Shown in pieces: positions 7,976 through 15,381 of a stretch of DNA of 64,000 nucleotides (its first letter is position 1; the number at the start of each line of letters is the position of its first letter). The notes under the pieces are model-generated. The model saw only the letters and a program-made list of their open reading frames with translations, did no database searches and was not told the DNA's origin. This DNA is from Giardia intestinalis. Taxonomy: Eukaryota. The stretch lies in the NCBI GenBank assembly GCA_000002435.2, contig CM018789.1; one strand, 5' to 3'. Made by a program: the position numbers and the translations under genes.

Positions 7976-10882
7976 CTATAGCGATCCATATGTTTTAATA
8001 ATCTCTATAAGTTCCAGGTCTCCTCGCTCCGCAGCTAAGTCAAGCGCGGTCTGGCCCTGAACCGAGGAAATATGGCCCTCTGACTCTAACAACAAACTTG
8101 CAGAAATACTATCCCCAGAGACAACTGCGTAGAACAAGGCCGGCCAACCAGCCTCGTCGCGCATACATGTTTCTCTTGTGGCAATAGTTGGATGTAAAGA
8201 GCAGCTAAGCGCTGCGGGTGTACTAGGAAAGTACGTGATGTATCCGTCAAAGTGTGCGCACTTATGGCTATATAGAGAATTCTCCTCCTGTGCCTCGGCC
8301 ATTATGAGCGCTCTAACACAGTTAGGATGCCGTGCTTGGGCAGCAAGCATTAGGGCCGTTTTTCCGCCGCTGCAAACCATCCCCAGCTCCCATGGGATGA
8401 GCAGCTGAACACAGAGATCCATTCCTGCTTGGGCTGCGTACATAAGCGCTGTCAAACCGTCCTGGCGCTGGAGCCGGGCCTCTGTTTCTAGAAGAAGCAA
8501 AGCAATGTCACTGGCCCCAGAAAACGCGGCTCTCATGAGCGCGGTCGATCCTGAATTGTCGACCATCCCACCCTCGTAGTTTGCAAGCAGCTGGGCGCAG
8601 GACAGATGATTCTTTTGCGCAGCAATCATTAGAGCCGTAGATCCGTTAGACGATTGCATGCCTGTTTCTGGAATATAACCTTGTAAGTTGGATGGATATA
8701 TCGAGGCATCACAGGATAGGTCTACAAAAGAGTCCGGAGCGTCGACACCGTGTGGTTGAAGTTCTAGTCCCGATGTACTGCATGGTGAAATGGTAGTGTG
8801 CATCTGCCAGTCCAAGATTTCCTTGACACATGTGGCATAATTCCCTTGGGTAGCCCACATTAGTGCAGTCCATCCAGTTCTATCTTGCATCCCTAACTCT
8901 TTTCCTAGGAGGTATCTTACACAACCATGGTGTCCGTTCTGCGCCGCATGCATGAGGGCGGTGGCACCTGACTCGTCTTGAGCACCCGCCTCCGACGTGG
9001 CAAGGAGCTGCACACAGTCACAATAGCCAGACATTGCAGCGTACATTAGCGCAGTTAAGCCAAAACTATCCTTGATACCTGTCTCCGTAGAGTAAAGAAT
9101 TGTGATGGCTTCGGCAAACCCCCCTTGAGCTGCGAACATAAGAGCGGTGACTCCTGAAAAATCACTCAACCCTTGCTCGTGTTGCTGTAGTAATAAAACG
9201 CTTTCTAATGCAGTATTCTGAACCGCAATCATCAGTGCTGTACGGCCATCGAATGCCTTCATTCCCAATTCAGTGGAGCCCTGTTGAAGAAGTAGCTGGA
9301 TTACGTTGTTATTATTCCTGGACGCTGCTTTCATCAAGGCTGTTTCACCGTTGTTATCCTGCATTCCTTGTTCGTCAGCTAAAAGTAAGTTAACACAAAG
9401 TGTAAAGCCTCCAGCGGCTGCGAACATAAGCGCTGTCCACCCAGTTGTTGTCTGGCCTCTGAGACAGTTAGCCAGTATAGGGCTTTCAAGACAATGGCCA
9501 ACATAAGCCACGTTTCCAAGGGAGGCATAGTACATGAGGGGGGTGACTCCGTTAAGCCCAATCTCTAGCGAAAGCAGTTTGATACATTTGTAATGGCCAC
9601 TCATCATAGCCAGGAGAAGTGCTGAGGACTCAGTACTCTCAGTGGCAAACTCATTCAGCAAAATGCGAACACACGTATCATAGCCACGATAAGCTGCCAT
9701 CATGAGAGCCGTGTGCCCATTGAAGGCACAATGCTTGAGGGAGAAGAAGGAGTCACTAAGCCATAACTCTTTTAACTCATGAACTTGACAGTCATGAACA
9801 TACCTCATAGCTAAAGTGTTTTCATGGACAGGCACTGCAGGAGAAAGAGAGGGAACAGTAAAAAGTCCATGTGTGGAAACATACTCGCTAATCATGAGAA
9901 GAATTCGTGTGGACCTTCTTGATCGCGCGATAGACAGCGTGTTTCGGAGAGTATCTGGGTCGTGAGCACACGTGAGTAGAGAAGCTGCCAAAAAGACATC
10001 ATCAGTAGAAGCTGCTGCTTCAAAAGAGATTGCACTGGCCTCAAACAGCGTAGTCGTAAGTACTTCGAGATCACGGCGTCTAAGCATCTCTTTTTGAATA
10101 AACCCGGTAATAGAATCAACTGCTTTATCGACTAGTTGGGATGCAGTCCTGTTGGCGCTAGAAGTATTAGAGCACGCCTCTAAGCGACTGGTTCTAGCCC
10201 TCTTCAACTCAGGTATATGCAACAGGTGAATGGCGGAGGGTCTTTCCGCTGGATCTAGACTCAGAGAACGGAAAATAGTTTCACTAATCCACTGCGGGTA
10301 CACTGCTGCAAAGTGGGGCTGTTTTGTTAAGGAACTCAACCCGGTGCCCAGGGTCGCCAAATCCAAAAGGATCTTTCCAAGCGACCAAATATCGACTTTT
10401 GTGCTCAGGTAGACATTCTTATGCACCATATACCGATTGGGGATGACCAGCTCTGGGGCATCGGAGTAGAGCCACTTTTCAATTTGACTGCGAGTCATAC
10501 CAGGGAGGAGCATGCGTATGTTCATATGCTGATCGATAAGAACTGTTGATGTACTGAGACTTCCATTAACTATCACACCGTGAGGTTTGAAGGGAACATG
10601 CAGGTAAACGAGTGCATCAACGATTTGCTCAAAGATGAACGCAATTTGATCTGCGGACAACGGCTCTCTGGACAGTCTCCTGTTGGTTAAATATCTTTGC
10701 AGCGTCAGAGAATCCTCAAAATCGGTGAAATCTCTGTGCATTGAAGTGCATTCCAACAATAATTTGTGAGTTAGCGGTTGGTCTGGAGTATACTCTTCGG
10801 TGCAGGTACAAAAACCGTCATTAGCAAGATCCTCGATATCTATTTCAGAACTCAACGAAGATGACACCGAAAAATCCTGCAT
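7976..10882 (-). CDS. NEK-like pseudokinase fragment fused to ankyrin repeats (Giardia 'Kinase, NEK-frag' / protein 21.1 type)
   Basis: The track start (10912) is TTG; first ATG at 10882 (MQDFSV...). Only kinase C-lobe remnants are present: 'LSADQIAFIFEQIVDALVYLH', HRD replaced by 'HGV', DFG replaced by 'LPG', and the subdomain-IX motif 'DIWSLGKIL'. No GxGxxG or VAIK. These are followed by more than 15 repeats of the 'G(x)TALM(x)AAxxG' ankyrin type. Confidence 0.7.
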   Translation of the reverse strand: MQDFSVSSSLSSEIDIEDLANDGFCTCTEEYTPDQPLTHKLLLECTSMHRDFTDFEDSLTLQRYLTNRRLSREPLSADQIAFIFEQIVDALVYLHVPFKPHGVIVNGSLSTSTVLIDQHMNIRMLLPGMTRSQIEKWLYSDAPELVIPNRYMVHKNVYLSTKVDIWSLGKILLDLATLGTGLSSLTKQPHFAAVYPQWISETIFRSLSLDPAERPSAIHLLHIPELKRARTSRLEACSNTSSANRTASQLVDKAVDSITGFIQKEMLRRRDLEVLTTTLFEASAISFEAAASTDDVFLAASLLTCAHDPDTLRNTLSIARSRRSTRILLMISEYVSTHGLFTVPSLSPAVPVHENTLAMRYVHDCQVHELKELWLSDSFFSLKHCAFNGHTALMMAAYRGYDTCVRILLNEFATESTESSALLLAMMSGHYKCIKLLSLEIGLNGVTPLMYYASLGNVAYVGHCLESPILANCLRGQTTTGWTALMFAAAGGFTLCVNLLLADEQGMQDNNGETALMKAASRNNNNVIQLLLQQGSTELGMKAFDGRTALMIAVQNTALESVLLLQQHEQGLSDFSGVTALMFAAQGGFAEAITILYSTETGIKDSFGLTALMYAAMSGYCDCVQLLATSEAGAQDESGATALMHAAQNGHHGCVRYLLGKELGMQDRTGWTALMWATQGNYATCVKEILDWQMHTTISPCSTSGLELQPHGVDAPDSFVDLSCDASIYPSNLQGYIPETGMQSSNGSTALMIAAQKNHLSCAQLLANYEGGMVDNSGSTALMRAAFSGASDIALLLLETEARLQRQDGLTALMYAAQAGMDLCVQLLIPWELGMVCSGGKTALMLAAQARHPNCVRALIMAEAQEENSLYSHKCAHFDGYITYFPSTPAALSCSLHPTIATRETCMRDEAGWPALFYAVVSGDSISASLLLESEGHISSVQGQTALDLAAERGDLELIEIIKTYGSL

Positions 10883-11137
10883 TTTTTGATAAGTATCCTG
10901 CAGGTCTGGCAAGTGGTCTCCTCAAGTGCATGAAGAAATGCAACCCACACAAGCCTACACATGGCCTGTAGATCTCTGGGGAGGGATAAGATTGAGCTTT
11001 TAATTATTGATCTCAGATGCTTACTCTTTAATGGAAAATTGTAATAAAACTGCTACTTTTTCAACTTGCCTCTCCGCTTTCCTTATCTTTTACCTGAACC
11101 TTTCCTACGTTTTGCGACACGTCTCGTATCATAACAT

Positions 11138-12895
11138 ATGAAGTTTGTAACGTCCTCTTTCATCTTACTGGTTTTTGGATTACTACACTCCTTAGCCGGC
11201 TCCACCCACTGCTTCTACCCTAACGAAAGCATCCTTATCTATGGACGAAATTCAACTGCAGAGCTCCGACTGTGGCCTTTGCAATCAAACCAAAGCCCCG
11301 TCTGTGCCTCTCTAAAGGGCGGGGGCACACTTCTTCTAGAGTCTCTATACTGTACTATATCTACCGAATTCCCTCCAGTGCCCATGAATCAGCCAATTGT
11401 CTTGACCTTTGCATGCACAGATTCAAACGACTGCGAGAGTATAGTTCGGAATGCAAACTCTTTTAGCTATAAGCTGTCTTCCGGGGTGTCTACTAACCAA
11501 GGAGTCGTAGATGGCTCTATCAAATCTTTGCAGCGGCATAACTTTATATACCACGAATGCTGGTCAAACCCTATCCTTTTATACACTGACTCTTCTATCA
11601 GGCCCATCTATGGGCTGTGCATCTCCGTTACCCCGACACCGTGCAGATCCCCGGCCGACTCGCTTCAGCAGGTCACTGCAGAGATACGCTTGGTGATAAA
11701 CGGCACCTCATATAACCTACCTGTCGTCAGCTCGTCTGAGGGCAGTGGTGGGTTCTCATTGCCGTTTGACCACATGAACACGAAGTACTACTGTCACACT
11801 TGCCCCGCCCAAACCAGTGGAGAAGCACTTGATCTGTGTAAGAAAGTTGCCGGCTTGGTTAGGGAAACCATAAACTTTGAAGCGACACTAGTGGTCAACA
11901 TTCCGTACACTAACACACATACCGGCATTCTAGCTCCATTGAGGTACACGACAGATGTTCCCATCAAAGGAAGTGTATATTATTTCAACTGCTTCAAGGA
12001 CCCTCTCGTTGTTATTCTTTGGGACAGGATCTCAGTTTCGCTTCAACAAAATGAGGCCGCGTCGAACTGCGTTCTACCACCAAACACTGAGACTGTTTAT
12101 TTTACTATGACGCTAGTCATAACGAACAACTCTGGAGGCACTTCTGAGTTGTACTTCAGGCACAAGGTAGGCAACTTCGTCTGGACAACCGATAGGTATT
12201 GGTTCCTTTGCAGAGACAACCAAACGTGCCTTTCGTTGGTTCATAATGCATATAGTAATGGGTACGAAGTCAGTGGATACCTGATAATAGAGTTTCACGA
12301 CGCAGACGACTCTTACGTAGACGACCTCACCCTCTGGCTGAGCCCCCGCTATAACTGTTTCAAGCTTGTGGACCTTTTTGCTACTAAGTCAGACATTCGT
12401 ATCGTTGTTCAGACCCAATTTAACTACTGTGCTGAACAGTACAAGGCAATCATAGGCACTAAGACATACAAGCTTCATATCTTTGAAAACCTCCTGGTCG
12501 ACATGGAGTACATGAGAATTTTGCCACTTGGTCTCTTTGTTCAAACAATCACAAACTGGACTCCTCAAGATACATTGGTATTTTCTTGTTCTACCTATGA
12601 TTCTACGTACACCGACAATCTATGCAAGGATGTCCTCGCAAGGGTCTATGAACTAGTGCGTGTTGGCAAAATCATTGCTACAGTCCACGTGGCCGGATAC
12701 AGTACTGCAATTGGTCGTGTCTATAGGGCTAATTATATTCCAATCTATATCACAGCGGGCGTTGCTGGCGCATGCATTGTTATTTCCAGCTCCATATACG
12801 TGTTCTTGATGATTCGGCGCCACAAAGCAATACTTCATTTAATTCATACAGACGTTGAACCAGACGTTGAACCCGCTTTAACTCAGCAAAAATGA
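11138..12895 (+). CDS. type-I membrane protein (signal peptide + C-terminal TM), hypothetical
   Basis: N-terminal 'MKFVTSSFILLVFGLLHSLAGS', Cys-containing ectodomain, C-terminal 'ITAGVAGACIVISSSIYVFLMIRRHK' TM plus a short tail. Confidence 0.6.
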   Translation: MKFVTSSFILLVFGLLHSLAGSTHCFYPNESILIYGRNSTAELRLWPLQSNQSPVCASLKGGGTLLLESLYCTISTEFPPVPMNQPIVLTFACTDSNDCESIVRNANSFSYKLSSGVSTNQGVVDGSIKSLQRHNFIYHECWSNPILLYTDSSIRPIYGLCISVTPTPCRSPADSLQQVTAEIRLVINGTSYNLPVVSSSEGSGGFSLPFDHMNTKYYCHTCPAQTSGEALDLCKKVAGLVRETINFEATLVVNIPYTNTHTGILAPLRYTTDVPIKGSVYYFNCFKDPLVVILWDRISVSLQQNEAASNCVLPPNTETVYFTMTLVITNNSGGTSELYFRHKVGNFVWTTDRYWFLCRDNQTCLSLVHNAYSNGYEVSGYLIIEFHDADDSYVDDLTLWLSPRYNCFKLVDLFATKSDIRIVVQTQFNYCAEQYKAIIGTKTYKLHIFENLLVDMEYMRILPLGLFVQTITNWTPQDTLVFSCSTYDSTYTDNLCKDVLARVYELVRVGKIIATVHVAGYSTAIGRVYRANYIPIYITAGVAGACIVISSSIYVFLMIRRHKAILHLIHTDVEPDVEPALTQQK

Positions 12896-13155
12896 TACTA
12901 ATGTGCAAATTGCTAGACAGGAGCAGCACACCAACTACTCTACAATCGGTGCATCTATCTTTTGCTGAAGCATCAAAGTAAGTTTATTAGTCATTTATGT
13001 AGAGATTCTAGGAGATTACCTAAAGCAGGTTCTGCGATAGAAACTACCGGCTTTATTTTCTTTTTGGGAGCACTGGGGTTTGCACCAGAACTTTTTCTTT
13101 AGCTGTCTGATCATTAGGCCATGATAACAAGCACAGACTGAGTCTTGTCAGCCCG

Positions 13156-14400
13156 TTAGCCTTGCTGTTTGGTAATTAGCACGAACTCATCCCCCACACG
13201 AATGGATTTCTGCTCTTCTGCAAGGTAGATTACCTTGTGTGTGACGGGTACCTCATAGACCAGCACAATGGTCGATCCGAAGTGGAATTGACCGACCTCT
13301 TCTCCTGCGCTATACTCGTATGGTGTGTGCATATTGTGCTCAAAATAACCTGCCTTCCCTGATATTTCAATGCTCCCCACATTAAGAGCGCCAACAGCAA
13401 CGTATGCGAAATACAGGGGGTCTATGTACTCTTCTAGCCAATATGAGCCTGACAGGATGACCCTCTCGTTTGCGGCCAGTAACCCCTTCACTCGAGGAAG
13501 GAACAAAGAATTCACCGGCAGCAGGTCTCCATGTGCATGTTTGCACCGTGTGACCAGCAGATTGCATGGGGCGTGAAAGCGATGATAATCTCCCGGAGAG
13601 AGATAAAATACGGCCCAGTGGAGAATTGTGTCCTTACATAGACACATCTTATCATCAGCTGAATCGGGAATTAGGAGATCACTTGCGCTGTACACCAGGC
13701 CTTTGCATGTGAGTGTCTGCATATAAGGGAATGAGAATACTCCATAGGATGTCAAGACGCTATCAGCCGGAGAGAATAAGACTGTGCTCGAGAGTATTGT
13801 GGCTTCGGACAGTGCTTCTTTTTGCAGAACAGTGGCTCCAACTAGACATTTCCTATTGAAGGAGAACTTGTAGTCTTCTGCGTCTCTTGAGTGTGTCGAC
13901 TCTTTAAGTTGAAAATTCTTGCGTGTACCAAGATTAACTTTACGTGTGAAGAAGGCGTCGAGCGACAGATAATGGTCCAGAGGCTCTAATATCTCTGACG
14001 TAATAACCCCATAATGCCTGCACCACCAGGAGTAAAGTAAAGTTCGCATAGTTCGCGACTGAATGGGGGTCCTGCACAGCTTCCCCACCAAGGTAGATAT
14101 GGTCGTCCTTGGGCTGAGTAGGATCGCCCAGTACAAGATAAGTTGCCCAAATGTATTAGTATGTCTCACATTTGATTGCTTAAAGTAGTAGCGAGACATT
14201 TGCAGGCCGGCTAACGCGCTGATGACCAAATAGAAAAGCCTTCTGTCAAGATTAACTACCGATTTGCCGAAAACAAGCGTTCCAAGGAAGGCGGCAGCCC
14301 GCTGAATCAAGTAGATGGATGTGACGATGAGGGTGAAGGACCACCAGCGAAACGAGCATGCAAGAGTGCGCTGGGAGGATGTGAGATCAACGATGCGCAT
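13156..14400 (-). CDS. PSD: phosphatidylserine decarboxylase proenzyme
   Basis: 'YHRFHAP' motif and the self-cleavage site 'FHFGSTIVL' (the [LF]GST motif). N-terminal hydrophobic segments. First ATG at 14400 (the track start is GTG). Confidence 0.8.
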   Translation of the reverse strand: MRIVDLTSSQRTLACSFRWWSFTLIVTSIYLIQRAAAFLGTLVFGKSVVNLDRRLFYLVISALAGLQMSRYYFKQSNVRHTNTFGQLILYWAILLSPRTTISTLVGKLCRTPIQSRTMRTLLYSWWCRHYGVITSEILEPLDHYLSLDAFFTRKVNLGTRKNFQLKESTHSRDAEDYKFSFNRKCLVGATVLQKEALSEATILSSTVLFSPADSVLTSYGVFSFPYMQTLTCKGLVYSASDLLIPDSADDKMCLCKDTILHWAVFYLSPGDYHRFHAPCNLLVTRCKHAHGDLLPVNSLFLPRVKGLLAANERVILSGSYWLEEYIDPLYFAYVAVGALNVGSIEISGKAGYFEHNMHTPYEYSAGEEVGQFHFGSTIVLVYEVPVTHKVIYLAEEQKSIRVGDEFVLITKQQG

Positions 14401-14477
14401 CACGGTGGACTCTTTGCAATTTGCACTAAAAAGAAGAAGGGCCCGAAAAATTATTAAGACAGCTACGATTTTGATCC

Positions 14478-14732
14478 ATGTTTACAGCAGATGATAACCG
14501 GCCCCCCAAGACAGTTATCGGTGACAAAAAGGCCCCTGCCGCGGATGATGATATAATTAGTGAGTTTGCGTTCGACGGAGAAGGCTCCGACACAGATTCT
14601 AACAGCGTTATAATCGAGGATGATGACATCATGTCGACTAAAAGGATAGGGACAGTGACCAGCAGCAAATTGGAGCTCCCAAAAACTATCTCCCTAGGAG
14701 AACTGAGCGACATTGAGAATAGGCTTTGCTAA
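14478..14732 (+). CDS. small acidic ORF (uncertain)
   Basis: 84-aa D/E-rich ORF inside an unusually long 567-bp gap. Could be a micro-protein gene or chance. Confidence 0.2.
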   Translation: MFTADDNRPPKTVIGDKKAPAADDDIISEFAFDGEGSDTDSNSVIIEDDDIMSTKRIGTVTSSKLELPKTISLGELSDIENRLC

Positions 14733-14940
14733 GGCGCGTGCATTTACAAAGGTGTGGGATGGAAGGTACTAGGCGCACGCGGATCAGTAAATTGTTTGGT
14801 GGCCAGGCGGATTTTTGCAGTTATATTTGAGCTTGGGCCGGGATGACTGGGACCAGGGTCACTGCGCTCTGCTCCAATCTCTGTGCAGAGCGGGGTGCCC
14901 AGCTTCAATGAAAATTATATCAAACCCGTAGACCCTCTAC
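14733..14940. ncRNA. candidate structured small RNA (snRNA-like); strand unresolved
   Basis: GC-rich structured stretch inside the largest intergenic gap. 7-bp stem 14735-14741/14775-14781; perfect 8-bp hairpin 14865-14872/14885-14892. The minus strand reads ACAGAGA-UUGG-AGC (plus 14884..14871) preceded by TATAAT-like 'GATATAATTTTC'. The plus strand has 'GAUUUUUGC' (14810-14818), which resembles an Sm site. Confidence 0.2.
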
Positions 14941-14970
14941 ATAGGAAACGAAAGTGCACCAATGGAAGCG

Positions 14971-15366
14971 TTAATGGCAGGGAGTCGGGACAATATCAAG
15001 GCCCGGGATCTCAAAGCTTTCCCCACACGAGCAGCTGCCGCTAGACTGAGGGTTGTCTTTGAGGACGAAGTACTGACGGAACGGCTCCGAGATAAAATCG
15101 ATCGTTGACCCCTTAACATATGCTAGAGCCTTATTGTCAACACGCAGCTCAACGCCTCCCTTTTTCGTCACATCATCGTCCTTTCGCCGGTCCGTATCTA
15201 CAGCAAACTTATAGGTTAGGCCTGCACAGCCAGATGTCATTACATTGACGCGAAGGAATTCGGAGGGCTTAAGAATGTTCCTGAGGCTGCTCACAGCAGC
15301 GTCAGTAATCTTTATCCCATTCTTTGTCAGACTACGAACCAACGGGGTAATAAGCGCTGGCAGCAT
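14971..15366 (-). CDS. iscA: IscA/HesB-family iron-sulfur cluster assembly protein
   Basis: 'GCAGLTYKF', '...IDFISEPFRQYF...NP', and the C-terminal 'SCSCGESF' (C-x-C-G-x-S-F) cysteine triad. First ATG at 15366 (the track start is TTG). Confidence 0.8.
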   Translation of the reverse strand: MLPALITPLVRSLTKNGIKITDAAVSSLRNILKPSEFLRVNVMTSGCAGLTYKFAVDTDRRKDDDVTKKGGVELRVDNKALAYVKGSTIDFISEPFRQYFVLKDNPQSSGSCSCGESFEIPGLDIVPTPCH

Positions 15367-15381
15367 GAGCAATTTCGGTTT

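Noticed and set aside
13096-13155. C/D-like elements (AUGAUAA ... CUGA) in the 260-bp convergent spacer
   Set aside because: The boxes are only about 20 nt apart and the C box is imperfect. This is too short for a guide snoRNA.
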